Assembly: GCF_018350175.1 (NCBI RefSeq)
Contig: NC_058377.1
Span: forward strand, 106,206,001-106,270,000
Origin: Felis catus
Lineage: Eukaryota
Direction: 5' to 3'
Length of the DNA stretch: 64,000 nt
Shown piece by piece: positions 1-18,181 of the stretch. Numbering within the stretch: the stretch's first letter is position 1; each line of letters starts with the position of its first letter. The translations under genes and the position numbers were made by a program. The notes beneath the pieces were generated by a model that was given only the letters and a program-made list of their open reading frames with translations, was not told the origin of the DNA and did not search any database.

Positions 1-184
1 CCCCAACGCCGCGCGGATCTACCGCGAGGAAACTGGGGGCGCCTGAGGCCGCCTCCAGAGAGACAAAGGGTGCTCACGAGGCCGTGAGTGACAGAGTTTT
101 AGGAGGAGATACAGGAAAGAGAGATACGGGGCTTGGGGGGCCTGGGGGCGTCCCGGGCGTGCCCCGGGATTCCGGGCTCCTCAC

Positions 185-222
185 CGCCTCCTACGCGCCG
201 CCACTGCCGCTACCGCCGCCAT
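185..222 (-). CDS. GANAB: Glucosidase II alpha subunit, first coding exon (gene continues off the left edge)
   Basis: ATG at 222-220 encodes MAAVAAVAARRR, then a gtgagg donor at 184; matches the recalled GANAB N-terminus; CpG-rich; directly downstream of INTS5 as in human. Confidence 0.93.
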
Positions 223-224
223 CT

Positions 225-430
225 TGTGCCGGGTTTGCTCCTTGACCCCGAGCCTCCCCTCCCCCCGCGCGCGTTGAGCCACGTATCTTAGCGCCCGCCC
301 CTTCCGGCCTTCTGATTGGCCCGGCCACACAACGGCCGGGCGGCTACCCCATTGGCAGAGCGCACACAATAAATGCCCGCGGAAGGCGGGGCCAGGGGCG
401 TGGCCTGATGGCGGGGGCGGGACTGTTCAG
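225..430 (-). promoter_or_regulatory. GANAB CpG promoter with two CCAAT boxes and GC boxes
   Basis: CCAAT on - strand (attgg at ~315 and ~351 on +); GGGGCGG/GGGGCGTGG boxes near 293-300 and 395-421. Confidence 0.7.
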
Positions 431-509
431 AGCCAGGCGCTGTCCGACTTTGCCAGCTCTTAAGCATCAGACAGAGGCACTGGACTCTGCTTTTCTCAAC
501 TCGGTAAAT

Positions 510-515
510 TTTATT
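510..515 (-). terminator. INTS5 poly(A) signal AATAAA
   Basis: tttatt on + strand, 145 nt after the INTS5 stop. Confidence 0.75.
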
Positions 516-659
516 TAGAAAAAAAAGGCGGGGGAGGAAAAAAGTGACACCGCTCTTTAGGCCAAGGTTTAGAAGAGAAACCTCCACCTTTCTGCAGCAC
601 CTTAGCCCCCCCTCTCTCTCACTGCTTAACGTCCCTTGGCTTCCGAATCATGGAAAAGG

Positions 660-3600
660 CTATGTCCCCTGCCGAAGGAGAGTGGACGGTGAAGGTGCCT
701 GGAAACGGCCAGAGAAAAGCCCCAAGCGGTCAATGTTGCGGTGGAGGACACTGTGCAGAACCGCGAGATGGGGTCCACCCTCACCCCCACCCTCCCTGGA
801 GAAGTCCCGGATGAAGCGACCACGCTCTGACTGGAAGATGAATTTCTGGGGCAATGGCCCATGCTCCCGGAGAAAGCCCCAGACACTGAGCAGCAGCAGA
901 CGCACTTCGAAAGGTGCCAGTTGGCTAAATACCTCGTGCATATTCCCCAGGGCTGGTGGCAGGAGGCTTCCCTCAGCCATGACTGCTACCAGGGTGCAGG
1001 ATGCCTCCAGGTGCCAAGGGGAGTGAGCTGTATCAGGGTGGCGAGAGGCTTCCCAATGACCCAAGAGGGCGGCCAGTAGCCCCCGCAGGAGCACGGAGCA
1101 GTAGCACAGGGCTGGGGGAGCAGCTGCTACCAGCTTTAACAGCTCGAAGAGCAGGGGCTGTTCCCGGAAGCGCCGGCCAATGCGGAGATCCCGCTCCACG
1201 GTGGCCCGGGCATGCTCCTCAGGGGGCCAGGCTAGCTCAGCACCAGCTGCATCAGGACACACACTCTCCACTAACGTCACTGCCACTGCTTTGGCTGCCT
1301 CCGGGCTCAGGGTGGGAGTCCCCCAGCAGCCCCCACATTCAGTCCCCCCGGGGGCACTGCAGCAGTGCACCAGGAGGCTGAGGAGGCTCTGGGTGTTATA
1401 GATCACTTCCTGCTGATCTCGCGACTGCACAAACTTGGGTGGCTTTAGGCCACGACCGATGACTCCAGCGTGGAAAACTGACCAAATCCCTCCAGGACCT
1501 GGCACGGCTGCAGTGTGCCGCCGGTTTGTGTCCAACAGGGAGGCAGAAGCCAAAGGAGCGGAGACAACTGAAAGAGTCTCGTTGTCCCTGTCCACTTCCC
1601 CTCCAAACAGTTCTGTGTTGCCCCGATGCAAGGCTCCCTCGACTAGCAGCTGCAAGACAGCCTTGAGCCCAGCTGGAGAGGTCTGAGAGAGGCGGGTAAG
1701 AAGCTGAGAGGCCGAAGCCACACCTGGGGGGCCATGCAGCCTCAGAGAGGCAAAGAAGCGATGCACTCCAGCTCTCACCAGTCCCAGGAGTTGGGAGGGG
1801 GACAGGGCTTCTTGAGGAAAGGGACAAATGGCCAGGAGGGAGGCAGCAGCTTCAGCTACTTCCTCCTCAGGATGTAGCAGGAGAGGACCCAGGTCAGACA
1901 AATGGGCTGACGCAGACTCCCCAAACCGGGCCCCTAGGGCTGCAGGGCCCTCACCACCCTGCTGTTCCCACCCGACTAGCAGTGCCAAGTTGCGCAGGAA
2001 CCGGGCAGTGAAGGGAGGCTGCAAAGTCCCTGCATGCACCCGAGCCAGGCAGCTTCGGAAAGCCAGAGGCAGGAGGCCAGACAGACTGACCACCAGCCCC
2101 GCATATAATTGGGTGGCCAGACTCAATTCTTCAGGGCTTCGGGCCCGGCTCAGGAGATGGCCTAAGGCCTCAGGTCCACAGCTAGGCCGAGTATAGACAG
2201 AGAGCAGGCCCAGGAGCTGGTGTTGCCAGAGGAAGCGCTTCCGTTCCAATCGTAATGTCTCTCCACACAGCTCTCCGACGTGGTTTCTTAGCGCATCTAG
2301 AAAGGGCACAGGGCGGGGGGGTGGGGGCGGACCCAGCACCCCTTCCCCAGGAGACCCTCCCCGGTGATGAACCAGTTTTTGCAAGTGCAGAAGCAGCAGC
2401 TGGATCAGCCGGTCACAGGCCTCACGCACAGTGTCTGGCACAGCCAGGCCTTGGGTGGTAATGACTGAGGCAGGCATGGCTGTGTCCACCAGGAACTGCA
2501 ACAGGCGGTAGGCACCTGCCCCAGAGGCCTGGCTCACCAGGTGCACAGCCAGGTTCAGCATGTTGTCCAGCTCCTCTCGGGGGAATCCCTGCAGGTGCTG
2601 CTGCAGCTGGCTCAGCACGGCCGGGGGCTTAAGGCAGTCCACCAGCTCTCCAGAGACCGTGCCCAGCAAAGCTGGTGACATGACCGCCAGCTGCAGTAGG
2701 AAGGGAACTGTGGCCTGAAGGGAGGGGTCCCCACTCCGGCCCCCAGTGCCCCCTGCCAGGCTATCATGGAACATTCGCAGAAGCTCCCGTCGGATGCTGT
2801 CTCCGTGGCGGGAGGCCAGGTGCCCTAGGATGCCTACAACTGAGGCAATCTTGGGCACCCGTTTCTCCCCAGGGATAGCAGGAGATCCAGGAAAGGGGTC
2901 TATAGAGGGGGTTTGCGAAGAGCTTCCACCACTGCCACCAGCTCCACCTCCAGCCCCACCGTGAACACAGAAATCCTTAAGGCCACAGGAGAGAACTCGG
3001 GAGATGATGGTGCCAGGAAAAGAGGAGCCAATATGGGCCACAACCCAGTCGAAGTGTGGGGAATGCTGGACAGAGGTATCCAGCAAGGCATCCACGCAGG
3101 CATCTGGGCAACTACCAATGAGAGCTGAGAGACACTGAACATAGATGTCCATTAATGTGCGGGTGGCCCGGCAGCCCATCCACAGCTGCAGCAATTCGTT
3201 GAGGGAGCCAGTGGCATGGGGCACACGCTGGTGCTGGCCTGAGTATGTGCTGCTCAGCTGCCCCATGAGGTCAATGGACCACGCGCTAATCACAGGTGCC
3301 CAGGCCTTCGGGTTGGCCCGGATAAACTCAGACAGCACCTGCTGCACTTCCTGCACCACATCTTCTAGACCAGGTCCCCCCGCAGGGACGTGGGAGGGTG
3401 GGGGTGGACGGAGGTGAGGGGGGCCAGCCACAGGGCTTTCGTCCAAGGCAGCCAGGTGGGCCCGGACGCTCTCATCAAAGACGCCTCGCAAGTGGTCAAG
3501 CACGGCGGCCCGAGCCGGTGGCAAAGAGCGGAGCAGGAGAAGGCCACAGCGAGCATGTTCCCGGGCCGAGAGTTGGTGGCCCAGAATAGGGTCCACGCCA

Positions 3601-5005
3601 GTCAGAAAAGCCTTGATTTCCTGGGACAGCTCTTGAGCGCTGAAAAGCAAGAGAAGCAGACTTAGAGTGTTGGGAGATGGTGGGCACATTACATTCCCTC
3701 TGTGAGCTTCGGGTTTTCTCCACATAAAACAGGGATAACTGTGCTTCAAAAGATAATGTAAGTGAAGCACTAATGCACCATATCAAGTTTCCACTAATCA
3801 CCCACTAAATGCTACCTATTTTTCTTTCAATAATAACAATAATGCCTATGTTAGATAACTCATCTCAGGTACTCTTGAAGTACTCTATATGTATTATTTC
3901 AATCCAGACAACAGCCCGATAAGGTAGGTACTATTATGTTCCCACTTTACAGATAAAGAAACCAAGGTTAAGTAATCAGACTATAAGCTCCAAGAGGGCA
4001 GTAAACATTTCTGTGCTCTTCAACACCGAATACTCTTCTACTGAGGTGCCTGGTATATGGAAAGCACTCCATTAAGTATTTGTTGAATCAAGTAAGTATA
4101 CCTTGTGTGGCAACATCTGCTTTAAAAACACCTTTCCAACTTTACTGCCCTTCCCCCAAAACACAAGCACCCTCGTTAAGGCCTCCTAGTACCTGTTTCC
4201 TCCCATATTCTGCAAGCATCCTAAGCACACACCACTTGGACCCCACATCAACAACCACCACCTTCCCAGCATTCCCAGTGTGCCTTGGAACCACGGTATC
4301 CCCAGGGTTCATACAAGGTAATAATGTCTGCCTTTCAGCCCCTTCCCCTCCCAAAACATATGGCTTCAGTGGTAGAGGTTCAGAAGCCAGTGTTATGGGA
4401 AGAGGCAAAGTCCCCTTCCTCTTACTGCCTTTTCTGCCAAAGACCGCATCCTCTAGGGCTCCGACTGTGCCTTGATTTCTTAAATAAATAAATAAACCAC
4501 CCTAAGGTAAGGGGGAGTATCTTAGTTGCAGGACAAGGGAAAGGCTAGAGGGAAGCATTTTGTGGGCCTGGGTTCTCAGGGAGACTCCATGAAGTCAGGG
4601 GACTCCGGGTTCTCTCGGCTCTAAAAGGGGCAGGACAGCTGGGTTCCCAAGAGTTCTGATATCCCCAACTCCTGTGAGAACAAGGCCGGGATCTGGGGTA
4701 ACGGGGCGCTGCGGGTTAGGGGGAGGCACGACCGAGATCTTAGAAGGGCGGGCACTGGAGCCCAGAGTTTTGGCGCGGCAGCCCCTTGAGTTCTGGGAAG
4801 ACCGGACCAGGAATCTCTGAGAACCCTGACGCGAGTTCTCGAGGTAGGATCCGGGTTTCTGCCGAGAAGGCTGGGGATCGGCGCAGGGCCGCGCGGTGGG
4901 GGAAGATGCCAGGGGCTCTGACTACCTGAGCGGCGCGGGACCGTGGGTGGCCGGGGCAGGCCCGGGAGGCCCTGGGGCCCCGGGAGGGTCGCACAACGCG
5001 GACAT
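660..5005 (-). CDS. INTS5: Integrator complex subunit 5 (1019 aa, 2 coding exons)
   Basis: Exon 1 4926-5005 ([27 protein letters not shown], donor gtagt); exon 2 660-3639 (acceptor ttttcag, [12 protein letters not shown]...LLRQGT*); 80+2980 = 3060 nt, in frame. Confidence 0.97.
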
Positions 5006-5019
5006 CCCGGAGCCCTAGC

Positions 5020-5340
5020 CCGAGCCCGAGGCGGGAGCGGCGAAGCGCAGGTAGCGCATGCGCGCTGACGGGAACCCTGAAAGGAACCAGCGACTAGGCT
5101 TCGCAGGAAAACCGGTCCGGCGACGTCCGCGACCCTCATATGTTGGTTCCGGACCGGAGTCGGGATCCCCGGAGCAGGACTGCGACTGTGACAGCAAGAA
5201 GCCGACCCGCCCGCAACAAAACCATTTCCCCCCCAAAGGGCCTTTGACACACAAACTAAAGCAGGCTGCGGCTATTCACACTGGATTTAATTATTTTTGT
5301 CTAAAGCCAAAAATACAAAATATTCAACTCGCGAGGTTTT
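5020..5340 (-). promoter_or_regulatory. INTS5 CpG-island promoter with NRF1 palindrome
   Basis: Perfect GCGCATGCGC at 5054-5063, ~50 bp upstream of the ATG; CpG-rich. Confidence 0.65.
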
Positions 5341-5915
5341 TAAAAAAGGAAGCACTGGGAAATATTTTAATCAACAAACAGTGACAATATTAAACGAATA
5401 AGCAAGTAGATAAGTAAACAGACCGTGACAATGGAGAAAGCAGTTAAAGGAGAGAAGGGAAGGGAAAAGCGAGGCGGGGGGCGGGGGGTGGGGGTGGAGA
5501 ACGAAAGAAGGGAGAGAAAATTCCCGAGAGGAAAAGGAAAGAGAGGGAGGAAGAGGAAGTCCGAAATAAATTGGGTTGTAGGTGTTCTTCCAGTCACAGG
5601 CTGGCTCTACAGTCATGTTAGTCTCCGTTCTTTAGGCTTTGCTCTCTCTCCCCAACCTACCAACTCAGGGCCCTTCCTCTCCCTTGCCGAGAGGGAGCCT
5701 GGAAACTGTATGACGAACTCCTATGCATTCATCAATAGCCCCCAAAATGGCCAGTCTGTCTAGCTTAAGCTTCAGCTCTTCCACTTACTGGCTGTATACT
5801 CTTCTTATCCTCCCTATGCCTGCTTCCTCCTTGGGAAATGAGAATGGTAACAGTACAACTACCTCCTAGGGTGTTGTGAAAATTGAAACCAGGGAATATG
5901 TTCACTGATCCTAAA

Positions 5916-6458
5916 TGTTGGGATTCACGAGTGAATGGTCAAGAAAGAATTCTTGAGACATCTTCGATGCTAAAAAGGGAACAGGACCTGTGGGCAAAAA
6001 GAGCTGCTATTGGTTTGTACGGAGGCGCTGATTATAAACTTTCAGGTTGGGGAGGGGGTTAGGAAGAGCATTAGGTCTCTAAGGAATTTGGAAGAGAGGT
6101 TTCTAGGATCTTGAGGGGCTCGCTGTTGTTAGAAAAAGATCATTTACTACAACCTAGTAAACTCTCAGTGTGAGCCCCCTTAAATGTGTATCAGTGGGTC
6201 ATGTGTTTAGGCAATGATTGCTAACATGTATCTTGGGCAGGTAGAGATAAAGGAAGTTTCCAAAGGAATTTATTACAGGATCCTGGAGGTCCCACTAATG
6301 TCACCCTAAGGTTGTCTTTTGCCTCTTGCAACATATTAACATTGAGGCAGCTAAGCTTCCAGAGGAAGGCCACTCTGCTTGTCTCAAGTACTTGTCAATA
6401 GGCTATAAGTTGTAAGGAAGTTTATTTTTTTTTCCTTTTGTCTTTGTTCTCCCTATCA
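5916..6458 (-). mobile_element. Probable solo ERV LTR (carnivore ERV1-like)
   Basis: ~540 bp bounded by TG...CA; near-matching 4-bp flanks (taaa/tata); TATA-like motif followed by R/U5-like sequence on - strand; family not determined. Confidence 0.55.
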
Positions 6459-6584
6459 TATACTACCTACTAGCAAGATCTGTTCTAGAACAATAAATAT
6501 TTCTGCTCCTAACACTGTCTCCAACTGGGAGCCAATACTTACCATCTGAGAGCCTCAACTTATGATCTGTAAAAGGAGATTTTT

Positions 6585-6804
6585 GGGGTGCCTGGGTGGC
6601 TCAGTCCATTGAGCGTCCAACATCGGCTCAGGTCATGATCTCACGCTTTGTGGGTTCAAGCCCTGCCTTGGGCTCTGTGCTGACAGCTTGCTCAGAGCCT
6701 AGAGCCTGCTTTGGATTCTGTGTCTCCTTCTCTCTCTGCCCCTCCCCTGCTCACACCCTGTCTCACTATCTCTCAAAAATAAATAAATGTAAAAAAAAAA
6801 AAAA
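6585..6804 (+). mobile_element. Can-SINE
   Basis: ggggtgcctgggtggctcagt tRNA-derived head, CT-rich body, A tail, flanking aaggaga(t/c)tttt duplication. Confidence 0.92.
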
Positions 6805-7056
6805 TGTAAGGAGACTTTTGAAACATGTAAGTTCTCCAGGAATAAGACTATTATGTGGTCCTTGCTCTTAAGGATTTCATAATCCAAAGGTGCCTGTTTT
6901 GGTGTTGGACAGATCTAGATTCATGTCTGCAATTTATCAGCAGTGTAACCCTGAGCAATTGACCCAACTGTTTGAAGCCCATTTCCTTATCTGTAAAATG
7001 CGTATGTCTCCTATCTGACGGATTTTTGCAAACATCACTTAAGATCACTTATTAAA

Positions 7057-7878
7057 GGGCGCCTGGGTGGCTCAGCCAGTTAAGTGTCTGACTTCAGCTC
7101 AGGTCACCATCTCACAGCTCCTGAGTTAAAGACCTGCTTCCAGTTCTGTGCTGACAGTTCAGAGCCTGGAGCATGCTTCAGATTCCATGTCTCCCTCTCT
7201 CTCTGCCCCTCCCCTGCTCACACTCTGACTCCCTCTGTCAAAAATAAAAAAAGATTGGGGCGCCTGGGTGGCGCAGTTGGTTAAGCGTCCAACTTCAGCC
7301 AGGTCACGATCTCGCGGTCCGTGAGTTCGAGCCCCGCATCGGGCTCTGGGCTGATGGCTCAGAGCCTGGAGCCTGTTTCCGATTCTGTGTCTCCCTCTCT
7401 CTCTGCCCCTCCCCCGTTCATGCTCTCTCTCTGTCCCAAAAATAAATTAAAAAAACGTTGAAAAAATAAATAAATAAATAAATAAATAAATAAAAATTAA
7501 AAAAGATTTAAAATAATTTTTTTAATTAAAAAAAGAAGATGGGGCACCTGGGTGGCTCAGTCAGTTAAGCGTCCAACTTCAGCTCAGGTCATGATCTTGT
7601 GGTTCACGAGTTTGAGCCCCTCATGAAGCTCTGTCAGCTCAGAGCCTGGAGTCTGCCTCAGATTCTATGTCTCCCTCCCTCTCTGCCCTTCCCCCACTCA
7701 GGCTCTGTCTCCCTCTCTCTCTCTCTCTCTCTCTGTCTCAAAATATTAACAATGTCTTTCCTGAGGCACCTGGCTGGCTCAGTCAGTAGAGTGTGTAACA
7801 CTTAGTCTCAGGGTCATGAGTTCAAGCCCCATATTGGATGTAGAGCCTACTTCAAAAAAACATAAATTAAAAAAAAAA
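7057..7878 (+). mobile_element. Stack of four Can-SINEs (7057-7253, 7257-7503, 7541-7745, 7764-7878); the second is a young feline-type copy
   Basis: Repeated gggcgcctgggtggc heads and A tails; 7257-7503 is flanked by an aaaaaagatt TSD. Confidence 0.92.
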
Positions 7879-7969
7879 TGTCTTTCCTTCTCCTTCCTAT
7901 TGCCTCCCCTCCTCTCTTTACTGCATCTGAATACATTTTCAAACAACCGCTTTTCCTTTCTGTGTTCAA

Positions 7970-9750
7970 ACTGGACATAATTCTGTTTCCCTGGAAAATT
8001 GGCTGATCCCAGTCTTAGGCCAGGGGAAGCAGCAGGTGAGCTTGGAACAGATCATCATGTCAGAAAACAAGGAAGTGCTCAAATACTGATGGTGTTGTGT
8101 CAAAAGGACACAGAGACCACCTTGAAAAGGCTCCTGTTGGCCAAATTTTGGCCATGACTTCAAGCCTGTAAAAGCAATAGTCACAGATTATGACACACTG
8201 AGAAACAATCAGAATCCATAGTGATATTTTTATAGAGGAAGGGGTTTTCTTTACAGAATATATCACATGAATAATATCAGTGACTGAAGGCTAAAATTAG
8301 AAAATTACCATTTTGTGCAGTAAGTTATTAGGTAAAGATTATCATGGGTGCTAAAATCACGGGGTGAAAGGATTTTGGGGAATAGGGTATTCATGCAATC
8401 TCAAAGTAGCAGCCCCAAAGGTTACTTATGAATTACAAAGGGAAAGTATACTTTAACAATGGAGAAATCTGACAGACACCCACTTAACCAAGTTTCTACA
8501 CTTAGAAGCACTAATCGTGAGACAAATTGATGTAAGCGACGGGAAATGGATTATTCCTAAATAGATAAATAAAATTACACTGGGCTCTTCAAAAATGTCA
8601 AGTTTACCTAAAATAGGTAGAAGTGCTGTGGAGTGAGGGGCACCCGGGTGGCTCAATTGTTTGAGCGTCCAACTTCTGCTCAGGTCACGATCTTGTGGTT
8701 CATGAGTTCAAGCCCCACATCGGGCTTGCTACTGTCAGTGAAGAGCCTACTTCTGATCCTCTGTCCCCTTTTCTATGCCCCACCCCCACTTGCGCTCTCT
8801 CAAAAATAAACATTTAAAAAAAAAGCACTGTTGAATGAGACAAAAGAGATAGGACAATTAAATGAAGTACATGATCCCTGATTAACTCCTGGATTGAGGG
8901 GGAAAACAGCTATAAAAATATTATAAAATATAAAAAATAAAAAAATATTTAAAAATATATAAAATTAAAAATATATAAAATATATAAAAATATTATTGGA
9001 GGGGCTCCTAGTTGGCTCAGTAGGCTGAGGTCCCACTTTTCATTTCCACTCAGGTTGTAGTCACAGGGTTGTGGGATTGGGCTGTGTTGAGCCTCACTGA
9101 GTATGGCGTCCTAGATTCTCTCTCTCTCCCTCTGCCCCTCTCCCCTGCTCACGCTCCCTCTCTCTCAACAACAACAACAACAAAAGGATATTATTGGAAC
9201 AATTAAGGAAATTCAAATATGAAAAAGTCAGTATTAGCTAATGTTAAGTGTCTTAGGTGTGATAAGAGTATTTTGGCTATATAAAATAATGTTCTGGGCC
9301 ACCTGGGTGGCTCAGTCAGTTCAGCGGCCAGTTCTTGATTTTGATTTCCTCTCAGGTCACGATCTCACAGTTGGTGAGTTTGAGTCCCAAGTGGGACTCC
9401 TTACTGACAGTGCAAAGCCTGCTTGGGATTCTCTCTCTCCTCTCTGCTTCTTCCCCTGCTGGCTCTCTCTCAAAAAAACCACAAAACACAACACTAACAC
9501 AACACAACACAACAAAAAAACCTTAAAAAAAAAAAAAAAAAGAAGAAGGAATGTTCTCTGGGGTAAAAATCTCATCTGCAGTTGACTTTCCAATGAGTCA
9601 ACAAAGACACATGCATACATATTTGCAAGTGCATACAGATAAAACAACTGTTGGAAAATGCTAAAAATTGGCAAATTTAAGTAGAGTGCATTTATGAAGG
9701 TTCACTGTACAGATTCTTTACTGAATTTGAAATTCAAAATATGTAGTTGG
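7970..9750 (+). mobile_element. Old L1 (L1M-type) 3' fragments interrupted by Can-SINEs at 8637-8824, 9001-9185 and 9296-9541
   Basis: A-rich L1M-like sequence between clear SINE heads and tails; tattattgga duplication flanks the 9001 SINE; L1 call is from pattern recognition only. Confidence 0.6.
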
Positions 9751-10009
9751 CAGAGGGGTGAGGTGGGATGGGCTGTGGCAGGGAGAAAGGAGGTGCAACG
9801 CTGGACCCAAACCCTCCCTCTTCCAAAGAAGCTTACACAGATAAAACAGGACAGAGAGATGTTTTTTCCCCCCTGTTGAACACACCTCCACACAGGCAGC
9901 TTTTCACTTTAATTAAACACCCCCAGTCCTCTCATCCGACAGAAGTTCTGAATGTTAAATGGGAAAAATAATGCTCGGTCTTCACTTTATTAAAAATATA
10001 ATCCTCAGC

Positions 10010-10660
10010 GGCTGGCTGGCTGAGTCGGTAGAGCACGCAAGTCTTGATCTCAAGGTCATGAGTTCAAGCCCTGCGTAGAACTTACTTTAAAACAAGAATT
10101 TATTTTTATTTACTTCAAGCAAATTTTTTTTAATGTTAATTTATTTTTGAGAGGGAGAGAGAGAGGGAGAGACAGAGAGAGAGAGAGAGAACAGGGGAGG
10201 GGCCAAGAGAGGTAGACACGGAATCTGAAGCAGGCTCCAGGTTCCGAGATGTCCGCACAGAGCCCACGGGGCTTGAACTCACAAACTGTGAGTCAGATGC
10301 TTAACCGACTGAGCCACCCAAGTGCCCCCCCCCCAAAATTTTTTTTAAATAACAGTGGATTTTTTTTTTAAGTTTACTTATTTATTTTGAGAGAGAAAGC
10401 ACGAGTGATGGAGACAGAGAGAGGGAGAGAGAATTCCAAGCAGGCTCCACACTGTCAGTACAAAGCCCGATGTGGGGCTCAAACTCATAAAGGTGATATC
10501 GTGAGCTGGGCTGAAGTCAGATGCTTAACCAACTGAGCTACCTAGGTGCCTCTGACTTTTTTTTTTTTTTTTTTTTAAGTAATCTCTACACCCAATTGGG
10601 GTTCGTACTCACAACCTGAGATCTAGAGTCGCATGTTCTACTGACTGAGCCAGCCAGGCA
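10010..10660. mobile_element. Can-SINE cluster (10010-10095 +; 10123-10330, 10361-10551 and 10556-10660 -)
   Basis: SINE heads and their reverse complement (ctgagccacccaggtgcccc-like), poly-T and (GA)n. Confidence 0.88.
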
Positions 10661-10790
10661 CAGAGGCTGGCTTCTCGTTGCCTTTGCTCAAGTAAGCTCC
10701 GTGGGTCCTATTTCCTGTCTTGTTTCCCCACTCACAGACCCCGCCCGTTCCTACATTTAATCACACACATCTCAGTGAGAAGTCTAGGGC

Positions 10791-10796
10791 TTTATT
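10791..10796 (-). terminator. Shared C11orf98/LBHD1 poly(A) signal
   Basis: tttatt on +, ~210 nt after the C11orf98 stop. Confidence 0.75.
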
Positions 10797-11008
10797 ACAA
10801 ATTGAGCTGACTGTTAAGGACCCCCGTCTCCCAACTTCCTTCTCCACTCTCTTCCTCTCGATGCATTCCTACAGGGCAGCTCCCTAGGCCATTAAGGAAA
10901 AGGAATCTGAGAAGAGTGAAAAGGGGCAATGCCTTCTCCAAAGTCCTCCGAAATAACCAGAGTCCTCCTGGCTCCAGCTGAGAATCTTCCAGTGGGAGGC
11001 GTGGGGAT

Positions 11009-16605
<5,597 letters not shown>

Positions 16606-17349
16606 TTAGAGGGCAGAGTGGTTGAACTCAAAGTGGAGTACCCCTACTCAGACACTCCACAGACTGCTCCTTTAATCCTTGGAGCCTGGCCCCTAATCAC
16701 TTCTGAGAAGAGAATGACAAGCTAGGAGATTATGGGCCTTCCAGGGGAGGGGAAAATCCCAAGAGATGGGATAGGAGCTTTATGTCTCACTCCCCAGTGT
16801 CACTGGGAAAGGCAGGAGGGTAGGAGTCAACAAGGGCATCTGGATTAAAGCCCTGGGAGTGAAGAGCTTTGCAAACAAACTTGGAATTTCCTGATTCCTT
16901 TGCTCACTGGGTCTCCCAATTTGACAAGTTTCTTTGTGTCTTAATGAATATTTATAGGGTGTTTACTATTTACCAGTAACTGTTTTTAAATGCTTTATAT
17001 ATCAACTCATTTAATTATCCTAAAACTATGAGAAAGATACGGTCATTAGCCCTATTTTCTGATGCAGAAGCCGAGGCACAAAGAACTTAAATGATTTGCC
17101 CAGAGTCACACAACTAAAAGGTGCTTTCTTCTCCAAACTAGAACTCGGTATGTTACTCCAAACCCAGAGTTTTCATGCCAGGGGTGGGGTGGGGGAGCCA
17201 AGGGTTTCCCATGATGAAAACAAAACAAAACAAATTTACGTTCAATACGTTAACTTAACGAGTAAAATAAAGAAAAATAATAACATATGTATACCTTTCC
17301 CCCCACCCAGTACATTTGGCTTTGAGTTTTTGTTCAGAAGTTGAGATTT

Positions 17350-17820
17350 GGAGTGGATCAATAGACTGATGTTAAGTATCCGGATGTCCGGTTTGTGCTG
17401 TACTACTGAAAAACCACAAGTTATTGTAGGAAACTACAGAGCACAGCCCTAGCCCTGTATCGACCAGGAAATTTCGGAACTGGGCAGCCGTAAAACCCAC
17501 AGCAACCATGAAGACACGCACTCCGACACGCACGCTCCCTTTAGCAATCCCACTCTGGACTTCATGGCAATGGGTCCGGTGCTCGGCCCTCAAGTCCAAC
17601 GCTTTTGGACGCGCTCAAGCTTCTCAGTTAAAACCAGGCTTTTAAGACCCAGGTGCTCTAGATTCGAACGTTTCGCTGATCAGGCCCTCTAGCCCGGCCC
17701 CATCTCTATGGTTTTCTCCGTGGGCCGCTCTAGCCTGCGCGGGGAGCAGTGAGACGTCGTGGCTCGCCTTCTAGGCTGCGGGAGGCCCCGGAGAGCGCCT
17801 CGCCGGTCGCGCGGTCGGCC
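17350..17820. promoter_or_regulatory. Likely bidirectional promoter LBHD1 (-) / UQCC3 (+)
   Basis: CpG-enriched segment between two divergent genes; TSSs not resolved. Confidence 0.55.
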
Positions 17821-18181
17821 ATGGAGACCTTGCGCAAAGCGCTAATCGTGGGTGCCCTTCTGGGCGCCGGGGCTGGCGTGGGCTCCGCGCTCTTTGTCCT
17901 CGTGGCTCCGGGAGAGCAGCGGAAGCAGGAGATGCTGAAGGTGGGGGCGACTGGAAGTCCGACGTGGGGTGGGCGGGCGGAGAGCCCCCGGGCTGGGGGT
18001 CAGGACTGCGAACCTCCCTTCCCGCCCGCAGGAGATGCCCGAGCAAGACCCGCGGCGCAGGGAGGAGGCGGTCAGGACCAAAGAGTTAGTGCTAGCCACT
18101 CTGCAGGAGGCAGCGGCCACGCAAGAGAACGTGGCCTGGAGGAAGAACTGGATGGGCGGCGGCGGCGGGAAGTCAGCGTGA
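17821..18181 (+). CDS. UQCC3: Ubiquinol-cytochrome c reductase complex assembly factor 3 (89 aa, 2 exons)
   Basis: Exons 17821-17940 (METLRKALIVGALLGAGAGVG, TM segment) and 18032-18181 (EMPEQDPRRREEA...ENVAWRKNW); AATAAA at 18417-18422. Confidence 0.95.

Noticed and set aside
270-360. Possible ER stress element in the GANAB promoter
   Set aside because: CCAAT boxes and CCACGT are present but do not fit CCAAT-N9-CCACG or ATTGG-N-CCACG spacing
544-3801. Many antisense and alternative-frame ORFs over INTS5, and the ORF-track N-terminus MLHLHYLLK
   Set aside because: Shadows of GC-rich coding sequence; 3640-3770 is intron and the real start is at 5005
8910-9000. Pure AT low-complexity tract
   Set aside because: Slippage expansion next to a SINE target site; no functional evidence
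17372-17599. 75-aa ORF in the LBHD1/UQCC3 promoter region
   Set aside because: Non-ATG start, no recognisable homology or splice support
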